Both the position numbers and the translations under genes were made by a program. This document shows positions 1-10,565 of a stretch of 51,828 bases of DNA, piece after piece. Source of the DNA: Cyanobacteria bacterium J06626_4. Lineage in GTDB: Bacteria > Cyanobacteriota > Cyanobacteriia > Phormidesmidales > Phormidesmidaceae. The stretch lies in contig JBCBJQ010000035.1 of NCBI GenBank assembly GCA_038523235.1, forward strand, positions 1 to 51,828, written 5' to 3'. How positions within the stretch are numbered: position 1 is the stretch's first letter; each line of letters opens with the position of its first letter. Below the pieces are notes generated by a model that ran no database searches, was not told the origin of the DNA, and saw only the letters and a list, made by a program, of their open reading frames with translations.

Positions 1-240
1 GAGTAGCCGGTCGCGATTGACATTCACAAAGTGATCGTGGTGGGCGACTGGGCCATGGCACACGTCAATTTCCGGAATTTGGACAACGACAGCCCCGAGG
101 ATAAGGGGATGGCTGCTGTCGACATGTATCTTTTCGACGCCGACGGCAAGGTTGCCGAGCATTGGGATTCCCTGCAACTTGTGCCAAGCCATTCCCCCAA
201 TCCGAATGGCATGTTCGTGACCCTCTTTGCAGGAGAATGA
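1..240 (+). pseudogene. C-terminal part of SnoaL/NTF2-like protein, possibly disrupted
   Basis: 'IHKVIVVGDWAMAH...VDMYLFDADGKVAEHWD' is SnoaL-like; in-frame TAG at 4-6; 5' part lies outside the window. Confidence 0.55.
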
Positions 241-2149
241 CCCGATGAAACTCAAAACACTTTTAGCGAGCACTGCTGCACTCATCACTACCATTCTGTT
301 GCCAGCGCCGGCCCTCGCAGAAGCCCCCCCTGCACCAGCAGCAGACCAGGAGACCCCCTTTTACGATCGCCACAAGATCGACATCAGCAACCTGTTTGAT
401 TTCTACGAGGGTCTGTTGATCTCAGACGCGATGATCCATGCAGACGCGATGTTTGATGCTGAAACCAAGTGGCGGCTGACTCTGCGCCAGATGGTGCTCG
501 CCGGCAGCGGTCACCATACCGCACGCAGCGCCTACCAGCTCTCCCTGATGGGTGTGCCGCTGGAGGAGATCCAGGCGATCTTCGCACCCGATTACACGGA
601 GACTTTGGAGGAGCCGCGCCTGAAGGCCGCGTTCACCTATATTGACGTGATGGGCAGCTATCCGATCACGTCCTCTGCCGATATCCATGCGCTCCTGCGC
701 ACCCATTACCCAGATCGGCAAATTGCTGAGCTGATGCAGCTCGGGGCGATCAATAACGCTATGGCCACCCATGATGCCGTGCTGCCAATCGCCACCGATC
801 AGGAGACGCTTGATTGGGCTATTGAAAACCTGTCTGCGGTAGGTTGGGAGCCTGGCCACAACGTCGCCACCTCGCCTGAAGAACAGCGCACCAACCCCTT
901 CGTCGGTAATGTCCTGACGCAAGCGGTGGCGGAGATTGATGCTGGTTGGGTCCGCGATGATTTGGGCGCGGTTGATCCGGTCTTTGAGACGGACTGGATC
1001 AATTACATCACCGGGTATGACATCCCCACCATCACCTTCGACGGCGACCAAGACGGGATTGAGGAGCCTTTTGACGCCTTCCCAGTCACGCTCCTTGAAT
1101 GGGAAGCACCGGGGTTGCGCGAGGCCAACCTGCCGCCGGCAGGCACGCCGCCCTTTAATGTGGCCGCCTATGACTATGACTTCTATGACGGTCCCCAGGG
1201 TACCGAAGCGAGCGTGCCCTATAGCGATCGCAGTCGGTTTGACACCTACTGGGCACGGCAAGCGGCGTTCGGCACCTTGACCATGGACGAATACATTTTG
1301 CAAACTGAGCGCACGATGGAATTCGCCGAGATCTGGTCGATGTTTTTCGTCTATCAGCTCGCCAGTGGCTGCGTTCATTGCCAGGCCCATGGTGCCTTTG
1401 GCATTTACGACTACACAGAAGCCGATTACTTCCAAGCCGAGATCCCGCCAGAAGATCGCCCAGAACTGATCGCATATATCCAATCCCTGATGGATTTCGA
1501 ACGATCCGAGTTCGTCGAACCAGCGCAGAAGGCGGCCCTGCGGCTCGCGCGCGATGCCGGTCGTCTGCCGACGCGGGTGACGGCGGCCCACATCGAGGAG
1601 CTGCGTCGGCACTTCACCGATCGAGAAATCCAAGAGATCCTGGCGATTCCGGTGGTCACGGCCTGGCTCTCTGGCAGTATGCAGTCGATGGCGGTAGTGA
1701 CCGATCAGCTCAGCATGAGCTGGGCGATGCGTAATCTTGGCCCCATGGGCTGGACGCCTGGCGTGCACATCGGTTTGCCCAACGAGCAGCGGCTCTACCA
1801 TATGTCTCAGTTTTTCGATTCGCTTGTGGCTGACATGAACTCAGGCAAAGTGCCAGACGTTGCAACAGAGTGGACTGGCCTACCAGTGCCTTTGGCCTTG
1901 GATACTGATAGCGATGGGGTCGAGGATGCCTTTGACGGTTTCCCCAACGACCCCAGCCGCTGGGCGGATACGGATCGCGATGGCATCGAAGACTCGTTAG
2001 ACGATGACATTGACGGTGATGGCATTGCCAACGCCGAAGAGATCGCTTTAGGGATCTACCCCTACAAAGCTGATTCGGATGGTGATGGCGTTGATGATCC
2101 AACCGAGCTCAATGCGGGCACTGATCCTGTCGATCCTCGCAGTCTTTAA
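227..2149 (+). CDS. Secreted tandem AhpD/CMD-like protein with C-terminal Asp-rich (thrombospondin type 3-like) repeats
   Basis: Signal peptide (MKLKTLL...PALA, likely start 245); GCVHCQAHG CxxC motif; duplicated 'LR-H(Y/F)-DR(Q/E)I-E' helices; DTDSDG/DTDRDG/DSDGDG repeats. Confidence 0.7.
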   Translation: MQENDPMKLKTLLASTAALITTILLPAPALAEAPPAPAADQETPFYDRHKIDISNLFDFYEGLLISDAMIHADAMFDAETKWRLTLRQMVLAGSGHHTARSAYQLSLMGVPLEEIQAIFAPDYTETLEEPRLKAAFTYIDVMGSYPITSSADIHALLRTHYPDRQIAELMQLGAINNAMATHDAVLPIATDQETLDWAIENLSAVGWEPGHNVATSPEEQRTNPFVGNVLTQAVAEIDAGWVRDDLGAVDPVFETDWINYITGYDIPTITFDGDQDGIEEPFDAFPVTLLEWEAPGLREANLPPAGTPPFNVAAYDYDFYDGPQGTEASVPYSDRSRFDTYWARQAAFGTLTMDEYILQTERTMEFAEIWSMFFVYQLASGCVHCQAHGAFGIYDYTEADYFQAEIPPEDRPELIAYIQSLMDFERSEFVEPAQKAALRLARDAGRLPTRVTAAHIEELRRHFTDREIQEILAIPVVTAWLSGSMQSMAVVTDQLSMSWAMRNLGPMGWTPGVHIGLPNEQRLYHMSQFFDSLVADMNSGKVPDVATEWTGLPVPLALDTDSDGVEDAFDGFPNDPSRWADTDRDGIEDSLDDDIDGDGIANAEEIALGIYPYKADSDGDGVDDPTELNAGTDPVDPRSL

Positions 2150-2153
2150 GATT

Positions 2154-2370
2154 AGGACTTGCGCATTCGCCTTCAAATCCTCCAATTCTGGGGGATTTAG
2201 AGAATTTGGTCACTCCCAAGAATTAAGGGCGAGAGGGCCATCACAATAGCTCTCGCCATTGACGCTAGGACACTGAGTCAGGCGATCTTGCTCAGCCCAT
2301 ACCGAAATGGCGTCGCCGCCTTGCCCTAACCGGATCTGGCGGCGGCGATCGATTCAACTGCGCAAATCCT
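2154..2370. mobile_element. MITE-like element
   Basis: Terminal inverted repeat AGGACTTGCGCA...TGCGCAAATCCT, non-coding, intergenic. Confidence 0.55.
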
Positions 2371-2422
2371 GACGGATTAACCAGCGCAGCATCAACTCTG
2401 CAAAACGTGTAGGTAATAGTGT

Positions 2423-3784
2423 GTGATGAAGCTTCCTCTACTTTTGGCGTGTATTGCAATTTTCCTCAGAACATTGCCGGTGCTGGCGCAGACAGAAGCC
2501 GATGGTGCCCATAACACTGCCGAAACGCCGCGTGAGAGCAATGTTCTTTGTGCTCCATTGGAGACTTACCTTATCGACGGGGGGGCTATAGACGTGGAAA
2601 TTCAGGGGGAGATTGTTCCCTTGACAACAGCAGAGTGCGATCGCCAGGAGCCGCTGGCGCAGACAGAAATTAATGGTGTCCATGACGATGCGGAAGCGAC
2701 TCACCCTGAGAGCGATGCTGATACTCTTTTGGTCGAAGCGTCTTCGACGCTGGCGCAGGAAAACGTTGCCGATGCCGAAACGTATCCACGCATCGGCGGG
2801 GATGTGCTTTTTCGCGTTGCCTATGATGGGGACTATAACGCCGAAACGCCGCGTACTGACAGCCATGATCTGTTTTTCGAAATGATCGCCTCGCCGGAAT
2901 TTCACTTTACAGAGAGGTTTTCACTCAATGCAGAAATTCGGCTAGAGAACGCTGGTCCGCCAACGGAAGACCGCTATTTCGAAGATCAGACACTCTTCGT
3001 TCGCAAATTGTTTGTGAACTATGACGTGAGCGATCGCCTGTCGCTACAGGCAGGCAAATACACCCCAACTTTTGCCTTTGCGTCCCTGGCCACGCCGGGC
3101 ATGTACGGCAACAGTTACAACAGGGAAATCGAGTTGATCGAACGCATTGGCTTGGGGGCCGAATATACTTTCCTGACTGGAGCGTTGGGGAGGCACACAC
3201 TCAGCGTCAGCACCTTCTTTGACGATACCAGTTTGCTGTCCGACTCCCTTGACCTAGGTGGACGGCGGGAGCGCAATCGGTTGTCCGATGGGGGTGCGAG
3301 CAACACGGAGTCATTTGAATCTTTTACAGTTGCGCTTGAAGGTAGCGAAATCAGTCGGCTACCTGGCTTCACCTACCGGCTCGCCTATATCCACGAAGCA
3401 GCAGGTGAGGGGGACGTGGCTGATGAAAACGGTTTTTTGGTCGCGGCCATGCAATCGTTTCAGTTGGGTGACGGACAATCGCTGACCTTGATTGGTGAAA
3501 TTGCCCCTTTATGGAACTTTGAAGGAACCGCCGACAATATCATTTATGCCAGTGCCGGGGTGGTCTACCAGACTAACCCGTGGACCATGACTCTTTCCGG
3601 CACAGGTAGATGGAGAGATCTCGCAAGCGGGGGTACCTTTGACGATTATTCTGTGCAAACAGCGGTTGGATACGATCTCGGTCGTGGCACTACAGTCGAA
3701 TTAGCCCACGAATTCAGTCGCGATCAAAACGCGAATAGCAATCAAATTGGATTCCGATTCATTCAGGTGTTTGATTTTGATTGA
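2423..3784 (+). CDS. Putative outer-membrane beta-barrel/porin-like protein
   Basis: Signal peptide, amphipathic beta-strand pattern, aromatic C-terminus (GFRFIQVFDFD). Confidence 0.6.
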   Translation: MMKLPLLLACIAIFLRTLPVLAQTEADGAHNTAETPRESNVLCAPLETYLIDGGAIDVEIQGEIVPLTTAECDRQEPLAQTEINGVHDDAEATHPESDADTLLVEASSTLAQENVADAETYPRIGGDVLFRVAYDGDYNAETPRTDSHDLFFEMIASPEFHFTERFSLNAEIRLENAGPPTEDRYFEDQTLFVRKLFVNYDVSDRLSLQAGKYTPTFAFASLATPGMYGNSYNREIELIERIGLGAEYTFLTGALGRHTLSVSTFFDDTSLLSDSLDLGGRRERNRLSDGGASNTESFESFTVALEGSEISRLPGFTYRLAYIHEAAGEGDVADENGFLVAAMQSFQLGDGQSLTLIGEIAPLWNFEGTADNIIYASAGVVYQTNPWTMTLSGTGRWRDLASGGTFDDYSVQTAVGYDLGRGTTVELAHEFSRDQNANSNQIGFRFIQVFDFD

Positions 3785-3835
3785 GCATGTCAGGTCGGGG
3801 CAGCCAGCTCGGCAATTCTAGAGGCCGATATCGCA

Positions 3836-5779
3836 CTATCGTTTTGCTGGGCTTTCGGTGGTCACTCCAGGCCGTTCATCATGGGTTAAAGGTGCTTCCA
3901 GACTGGCTTGATACGCGATCCATTGGGGTCTGCCAATGGTGATGCCGTGCGTCTCAAAGGCTCTCCTGACCCGAAGACGATATTCGCGCCCCACGGCCCA
4001 CTGCTGCAGGGGGGCGGTCTTTAACCAAACGCGCATCAATATACCCGCATGAGAGAGTTGCTCAATGCCCAAAACTTCCGGGGGAGCAGGCATCTTGTCT
4101 CGCCACTCAGGCGATCGGTACAGCTCCTGGGCAATGGTATTCAGCAGCGTTAAAACCTGGTCAGGATCATTGTCATAGGCCACTTCAATGGTGAAATCAA
4201 CTCGCGACCACAATCGCGTAAGATTCCTCACCTCAGCAATATTGCCATTGGGAATCGTAATGAGTTCTCCCTCTGGGTTGCGCAAACGAGTACTCCGCAG
4301 ATTCATTTCCTCAACCAAACCCGACATCGAACCAATCGCAATCACATCACCCACGGCAAATTGATCCTCCAGCAAAATCAAGCAGCCGTTGATCACATCT
4401 TTGATTAAGCTCTGCGTCCCAAAAGAAATCGCGAGTCCTAACACGGCCCCCCAGGCCAACACCGACTGCGTTGACAACCCAAAGGTGGAAAAGGTGAAGA
4501 CGACCCCAGTCAGGACAATCAGCACAGAGATTAATCCTTCTAATGCGCCCCCAATCGTATTCATCCTCAGAAACTTGCGCTGGGCTTCATTGGATTGGAT
4601 GGTTGGCAACTTTTTGTGGGCTTGAGTCCGACGATAGGCGAACGCTCGATTGATGCGCAGGGCCACCCCGACCGCAAACCAAATCAAAAGGATTTTGAAC
4701 GGCTCTCGAAACAGCGTCGTTCTCCATGCGGTCACGATCGGCAGCGTATAGGTCAGCCCAATCAAACTGCCGTATACAGACAAGATGGCTAACCAAACCA
4801 GCAGCCATTGCAAAAACTTCAGGGCGTTGAGTTGGTGCTCTAAAGGCGGCTTCTTTTTAAGGATTTCCAGAAATCGGGCACGTTCGGCAAGTACTCCCAA
4901 GCAGCGACCTAGAGAACGGGACTCGGTTGACCGGACAGCATCCATCTTTTGAGCTGGTTCTATCGGCAGGGCTGCGTAATGGGATTGAGCGTGGGCGGCA
5001 TCCGTCAAGGGTGCGGCGGGGCTGGCTGTCGCAGCGATCGCTCCCTCACGGTACATTTGTAGCGTGCGGGCTTGACGCCTCATTAACCAAGACAGCAGGC
5101 TAAAGAGCGAGAGCACGGCAATTAAGCCCACGACAATGGCCAGCGACCATTGCAGCCCTCGCCGGGCAGTCGCTAAAGAGGCCAGCGCCTCAACCTTGTC
5201 AATTTCCCCCTGAACAATCGTGCGCCACTCTTCAGACAGCACTTCGGGCGTTTCACTATAAAAATCGATATCGGTCTGGGTAATGGTGATGATGGTGAGT
5301 GGACGCGAGCGGTCCGAACTCTTGATTTGAATGACTGGACGATTATTGAGGGTCGCGGTGATCACCTCAGCCGATCGCGGGGCTGACCAACCCGTATCCC
5401 ACAGACGCCACTGTCTGGCCAGGCGGTTAAGAACGTTGCGATGAAATCGATCAACTTCAATTTTCAGCAGGGCTTCAACACTCTGTGCTCTGATCTCAAC
5501 GGGAAAATCCTTAGCGCTCAAGTTGCTGCGGTCGGTCACTGTGGGTGCCGCCACTTGAAAAAGCCGCTCACCGTCCAGCGGCGATCGCACCCAAGCCGCC
5601 TCGATACTGCCATAGCGGATGACGCCTTCGGGGAGAATCGTGCCGGTCTGGCGGTCAAAGACAGACAAGCTTTGTCCAGAAGCGATCGCGGGCTGCATCA
5701 ACACCCAAACGCAGGCCAAGAAACCGAGATACAAGCGTCGGTACACCGCAGGACACCGCAATTGAGATTGCAATCTCAC
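3836..5779 (-). CDS. MscS-family mechanosensitive channel
   Basis: 'GLAISFGTQSLIKDVINGCLILLEDQFAVGDVI...GLVEEMNLRSTRLR...IPNG'. Confidence 0.92.
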   Translation of the reverse strand: MRLQSQLRCPAVYRRLYLGFLACVWVLMQPAIASGQSLSVFDRQTGTILPEGVIRYGSIEAAWVRSPLDGERLFQVAAPTVTDRSNLSAKDFPVEIRAQSVEALLKIEVDRFHRNVLNRLARQWRLWDTGWSAPRSAEVITATLNNRPVIQIKSSDRSRPLTIITITQTDIDFYSETPEVLSEEWRTIVQGEIDKVEALASLATARRGLQWSLAIVVGLIAVLSLFSLLSWLMRRQARTLQMYREGAIAATASPAAPLTDAAHAQSHYAALPIEPAQKMDAVRSTESRSLGRCLGVLAERARFLEILKKKPPLEHQLNALKFLQWLLVWLAILSVYGSLIGLTYTLPIVTAWRTTLFREPFKILLIWFAVGVALRINRAFAYRRTQAHKKLPTIQSNEAQRKFLRMNTIGGALEGLISVLIVLTGVVFTFSTFGLSTQSVLAWGAVLGLAISFGTQSLIKDVINGCLILLEDQFAVGDVIAIGSMSGLVEEMNLRSTRLRNPEGELITIPNGNIAEVRNLTRLWSRVDFTIEVAYDNDPDQVLTLLNTIAQELYRSPEWRDKMPAPPEVLGIEQLSHAGILMRVWLKTAPLQQWAVGREYRLRVRRAFETHGITIGRPQWIAYQASLEAPLTHDERPGVTTESPAKR

Positions 5780-6317
5780 GAACCTTTACCCATGTTCAAT
5801 CACAAATTGAGTGGAGTGAGCCAACATCAGTCACGCCGCCAAATTTCCTGGTTTTCTTAATAATTATCTTGCGAATGAATATTGATCACAGTTGATTATT
5901 AACACAAATTTTTCTTGGCTTAAAATATTTCAAAAATCAAGATATTCGAGCAGGAGAAAATCATAGTTTGTCGCGAAACGTCCGATTTTTTTCGTCTATT
6001 GTCCTTGTCAAAATTGCTGGAGATAACGAAGATTGCTGCATATCTCCCTAGATGACTCGGCTATTCTCAATGACTTCTACGAAACATCAGCAAGGCTTAA
6101 GAATTCGATTTTTCTGTAGCGCGGCTTACAGAGAGAAAAGTTTTCAGAATGCTTATCTGTGAATACTGAATTTCCGAAAGTATAAGATCCAGATTTCTGC
6201 ATGTTTATTAAATTTATGTTTTGAGAATTTAAAGACTCGAATAAGGAGCGACTTAGCATTGGGACGCTATTAGCCTAAGCGAGTTTTAAATCCATTCATC
6301 TACTGCAGAGGCACTCG

Positions 6318-6659
6318 ATGATGAAGTCTAACGAATCCAGTTCACCTTCTCCCCCTCCCTCCGATTCCCAGACTCCTTCAGAGTTAAATCATCAGAATTT
6401 AGCCGCAAATCAGGCCGATCATTCCGGTCAAACCGGCCTTGCCTCCAAATTCAAAGGCTTTAACCCCAAGTCGGCTTGGCCCATTGCGCTTCTGGTTTTG
6501 CTGGCCGCTTGCGGGAATATCGGCTTTCGGGTATTTCAAAGCCTGCGGTCAGATGCCGGAGTGAGTGAGGCAGCGATCGCGACCTCCCGACTGCAAGTCA
6601 AGACTGTTCGGGCTCAAACCAGTTGGCTCAGCAGTGGGGCTTTGATGAAGGCATGGTGA
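6318..6659 (+). pseudogene. Truncated RND periplasmic adaptor N-terminus
   Basis: Single TM anchor then 'RLQVKTVRAQ', ORF ends early next to an AcrB fragment. Confidence 0.5.
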
Positions 6660-6669
6660 CTGCAACCCA

Positions 6670-6864
6670 CGTGGCCAGCGATCGCCTGCGTCCCATTCGA
6701 CCATTGTTGGCCTGCTCCCCCTGGCCTTTAGTGAGGCGACTTGGTTTGGCCTCTGCATGGCGATCATTTTTGGCCTCATCTCCGCCACCTTGATTGCCTT
6801 ACTGGTCGTACCAGGGCTATATCTACAGCTGACGCCGAAGATTCCAGTTCTTGATGAGGGATAA
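6670..6864 (+). pseudogene. C-terminal remnant of AcrB/RND permease
   Basis: 'ASDRLRPI' then, in a shifted frame, 'TIVGLLPLAFSEATWFGLCMAIIFGLISATLIALLVVPGLY'. Confidence 0.75.
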
Positions 6865-7669
6865 CCCGATGACGAACAACTCAAAAATGGCCTTGGCGGC
6901 CATTATCCTGCTGTTTTTGATGCTCTGGGCACCGCTGGGGCAATACGCCTTTCTCGTCGAGCATTGGATGAAAATTGGCACCTATGCCATACCGTTCATT
7001 CTGTTGATGTTCTTTGCTTCGAGAACAGCCCCAACGGTCTCAGTTTTCTCTGATGTGAAATTGATGGCGGTATTGCTTCTAGTTGCTTACATGACTCATC
7101 AATTTGAAGAGCATTGGATTGATCTCTTAGGCCAGCAATATGCCTTTTATAGTGACGTTAATCAACTACTATTGGGCGTACTCAATGCTCCCGATCAAGC
7201 CATGGGTCCCTTGACGCCCGAGGCCATTTTCATCATTAATACCTCCCTGGTTTGGCTCATTGGTGCTGTGGCGATTTGGCGGAGTCCGGGACATCTATTT
7301 CCAACTCTGGCGATGGCCGGAATTACCCTGGTGAATGGCATCAGTCATATCGGTTTAGGCATCGCTAAGCAAGCCTATAATCCAGGACTGCTGACGGCCA
7401 TCTTAATTTTTCTGCCGTTAGCGATCGCCTTCTACAGAACGGTGCTGACCACCAATCCTGCAGTCAAAGTGCAGGTAATCGCGAGTATCGCTTGGGCGAT
7501 TCTGGCGCACCTGATCATGGTGGTGGGCTTGCTCGCAGCCAACTGGTTCGAGCTGATTCCTGAAACTGCCTATTTTGCCCTGCTGATCATCTGGTCAGTC
7601 ATCCCCACAGTTCTCTTTACTGTCCCTAGTGATGTCCCTCAAGTGGTAGGAGCAACCCATGGAAATTGA
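6851..7669 (+). CDS. HXXEE-domain membrane protein
   Basis: 'THQFEEH' and 'YNPGLLTA' motifs, many TM helices. Confidence 0.85.
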   Translation: MMRDNPMTNNSKMALAAIILLFLMLWAPLGQYAFLVEHWMKIGTYAIPFILLMFFASRTAPTVSVFSDVKLMAVLLLVAYMTHQFEEHWIDLLGQQYAFYSDVNQLLLGVLNAPDQAMGPLTPEAIFIINTSLVWLIGAVAIWRSPGHLFPTLAMAGITLVNGISHIGLGIAKQAYNPGLLTAILIFLPLAIAFYRTVLTTNPAVKVQVIASIAWAILAHLIMVVGLLAANWFELIPETAYFALLIIWSVIPTVLFTVPSDVPQVVGATHGN

Positions 7670-7904
7670 ACGTTCAAAGGCCCCAGCCCTGACTCCTAAA
7701 GAAGTTCAGCATCTGGAAAAGTTAAAGGCCGTGGTGGCAGCTGCGCTGGCGGATGGGGTACTTAGTGAGGACGAAATCACTCAGATCAAATCACTCATCT
7801 GGGCTGACAACCAAGTCACCTATGAAGAACTGAGAACCGTGCATGAAACCCTGCAATCTCTAATGGGAGATGAGTTGCCGCTGCTCGATTGGCGGCGCAA
7901 TTAA
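7659..7904 (+). CDS. Small TerB-like helical protein
   Basis: 'ALADGVLSEDE...WADNQVTYEE'; RBS AGGAG. Confidence 0.6.
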   Translation: MEIERSKAPALTPKEVQHLEKLKAVVAAALADGVLSEDEITQIKSLIWADNQVTYEELRTVHETLQSLMGDELPLLDWRRN

Positions 7905-7958
7905 ACCAGTCTGATTGCTATCAAACAACAGAATCTCACTCAGGATTAAACAATTCCC

Positions 7959-8402
7959 ATGGCCAACTCGACCCGAAAAACGATTTCTATACTGCTGAAA
8001 ATATCCGCCATCCTTTGGGTGATTTGGGGATTGGTTCATGCTTTCGCCGGGGTGATGACCATCTCCGGCGATACGGCGACTGCCACCGCCGGTATTGCGG
8101 ATGCTGTAGACCCTGCCACCTTGGAAATGGATTACCCAGATGCGGTTGGGGCCATCATCAATCAGCACGGTTTCAATTTACTTTGGGCTGGCGTTGTGAC
8201 GGTCATTGGCGGCATCTTTATCTGGCGCAAAAGCGTTGCCGCCATCTTTATCACCGCCCTGGTGGGAGGGCTGCTAGATCTTGGGTATTTCATCTTTATC
8301 GACCTCGGCGGCTACAACCATTTTGTCCCCGGAACCGTCATGACCATCATCTCAGCTACCGCGATCGCCCTGAGCTTTTACGCCTATTTTCAGAATAAAT
8401 AA
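7959..8402 (+). CDS. Hypothetical 4-TM membrane protein
   Basis: Hydrophobic helices, co-oriented in operon. Confidence 0.65.
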   Translation: MANSTRKTISILLKISAILWVIWGLVHAFAGVMTISGDTATATAGIADAVDPATLEMDYPDAVGAIINQHGFNLLWAGVVTVIGGIFIWRKSVAAIFITALVGGLLDLGYFIFIDLGGYNHFVPGTVMTIISATAIALSFYAYFQNK

Positions 8403-8571
8403 GTTGATTTTGATTAACCGCAGCGATCGCTTCTTCGTTAACCCCTTTTGTATGACGACATAAGCAAATAATGATGTGTGAAATCGGCAAAATCGTCGCT
8501 TTTCACATGTAGTTGCCACTATCTAACGATTGTTCTTAGCCCAGTTCTACAAATTACAGCTACACAGACAA

Positions 8572-8667
8572 GTCGGCTTTCTCCCTAAGGGAGACGCGAT
8601 GCGTTGGCCTTGCCTGCCCTTAGGGCTTACGACTCCGCTCAGCCGACGTTCCTTGAGCGGAGTCGAA
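8572..8667. repeat. Palindromic dispersed repeat carrying two nested double-hairpin micro-elements
   Basis: GTCGGCTT^CGACTCCGCTCAGCCGAC...GAGCGGAGTCGAA interrupted by 50 nt at 8580-8629. Confidence 0.7.
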
Positions 8668-8726
8668 AGGAAGATTTGTAGTCCAATTTCAGAGAACTGG
8701 ATATTACTCAAGATGAGACGCGCTCT

Positions 8727-10502
8727 ATGACGTTGAATCAATTAGCAACAGACCTGGTAAATACGCTTAAAGCCTTAGCGCCAATTGTCACGAATGCGCT
8801 CAAAAGCGGCCAGTTGTTCAATCCTCGATGTGAACTGACTGACGCCGACCCCGATATTTTGTGCGAGTACGATGTCGAAATCCCCATGAGTGAAGGGTTT
8901 TGTTTAACGGCTAATATCTACCGCTCGAAGCAGACGGCTGAGCAGAACGCACCTGTCCCCGTGGTGATGTGCGCTCATCCTTACGACAATCACATCACCC
9001 CCGCTCTGGGCAAAACCCCGCTCGGAGGAGCCCCGCAGCAGTACCGTCTCATTCCCCAAGTCGGCAAGCCCCAGTTTTCTAAGCTGACCAGTTGGGAGTC
9101 GCCGGACCCGAATTTCTGGGTGCCCGCCGGTTATGCCGTCGTCAATGTGAATCTGCCAGGCTATGCCAACAGCGGTGGACATCCTTCCGTATTTTCTGAG
9201 CATCAGGGCAAATGCTACTACGAAGCGATCGAGTGGGTGGCCCAACAGCCTTGGTGTACGGGCAAAGTGGGACTGAATGGGGTCAGCTTTTTAGCGATTA
9301 CTCAGTATCACGTGGCCGCTTGCCAAGCCTATGGCGGGCCGCCGCCATCTCTGGGCTGCATTTCGCCTTGGGAAGGGCTCACCGATCCGTATCACGATAC
9401 GTTTACGCGAAGCGGACTCACGGAGCTAGGATTTCCCGCCTTTTGGTGGGCCACTGAAGTGAAGACCGCGATTAACGGGACCCCCGCCGATTTTGTCGAA
9501 GTGGAAGGGGCAATTCCCACTAATTTTGTCGACAAGCATCCTTTTTACGATGATTTCTGGCAGGAGAAGGCGGCGAAGCTCGACGAAATTACCGTGCCGA
9601 TGCTGGTGTGTGGTTCCTTCTCCGATCATGGACTGCACACGATGGGCAGCTTTCGGGCATTTATGAAGGCGCGATCGCAGCATAAATGGCTGTACACCCA
9701 TCGCACCGGCAAGTGGGACGCCTTCTATTCCCCGGAAGTGCAAGAACTGACTCGACGCTTCATGGATTGTTTTCTCAAGGGGGAGACATCCAATGGTTTT
9801 TTGGACAAGCCCCCTGTGCGATTGGAAGTGCGCACCAGCCGTGATGAGATTCACGCCGTTCGTGATGAAAACGAATGGCCACTCGCCCGCACCGACTACC
9901 AAACGCTTTACCTGAAAGAGCAATCGTCTTTATCTCCCAACTTGCCCGCAGCAGCTAGCGAAATAACCTACTCCGCCACCCAGGGACAGGTGACGTTTCG
10001 ATATATGTTCGCTGAGGACACTGAACTCACGGGCTACATGAAGCTGCGGTTATGGGTGGAAGCGCGGCCTGGACGGAACCCACGAGACAGTCCCGACGAT
10101 ATGGGGATCTTTGTGGCCATCAATAAGCGCGATCGCCGCCAGCAGTCAGTGCCCTTTTACGGGTCCGTAGGAAATCAACAGGACATGGTCACGCGGGGCT
10201 GGGGCCGGGCTGCTCGTCGCGAACTTGATCTCGTCGAGTCTACCGAGTGGCATCCCGTTCTCAAAGCGGCCAGAGACGAAAAGCTGAAACCGGGCGAAAT
10301 TGTGCCTTTGGAGATTGCGCTGTATCCCAGCAGTACCTTTTTTACCGCAGGCGAAGCGATCGAGCTGCTGGTCAGTGCTCAGGCCATTATTCCTTCGCCG
10401 CCTTATCTAAAAGATGTGTCTTTTAATCGGGGCATTCAGGTCATTCATTTTGGTGGCGACTTTGATTCCCATCTGCTGATTCCCCAGGTGGCGGTCGGGT
10501 GA
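8727..10502 (+). CDS. CocE/NonD family hydrolase
   Basis: 'WVAQQPWCTGKVGLNGVSFLA' nucleophile region; PepX-like C-terminal domain. Confidence 0.9.
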   Translation: MTLNQLATDLVNTLKALAPIVTNALKSGQLFNPRCELTDADPDILCEYDVEIPMSEGFCLTANIYRSKQTAEQNAPVPVVMCAHPYDNHITPALGKTPLGGAPQQYRLIPQVGKPQFSKLTSWESPDPNFWVPAGYAVVNVNLPGYANSGGHPSVFSEHQGKCYYEAIEWVAQQPWCTGKVGLNGVSFLAITQYHVAACQAYGGPPPSLGCISPWEGLTDPYHDTFTRSGLTELGFPAFWWATEVKTAINGTPADFVEVEGAIPTNFVDKHPFYDDFWQEKAAKLDEITVPMLVCGSFSDHGLHTMGSFRAFMKARSQHKWLYTHRTGKWDAFYSPEVQELTRRFMDCFLKGETSNGFLDKPPVRLEVRTSRDEIHAVRDENEWPLARTDYQTLYLKEQSSLSPNLPAAASEITYSATQGQVTFRYMFAEDTELTGYMKLRLWVEARPGRNPRDSPDDMGIFVAINKRDRRQQSVPFYGSVGNQQDMVTRGWGRAARRELDLVESTEWHPVLKAARDEKLKPGEIVPLEIALYPSSTFFTAGEAIELLVSAQAIIPSPPYLKDVSFNRGIQVIHFGGDFDSHLLIPQVAVG

Positions 10503-10565
10503 ATACCTTAAAACATCATCTTGGCAGACTAATCGCGGGTGGGCTCATAGAGTTGAGATGACATT

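Noticed and set aside
422..1801. 459-aa antisense ORF
   Set aside because: Codon-symmetry shadow of the 227-2149 gene; no motifs.
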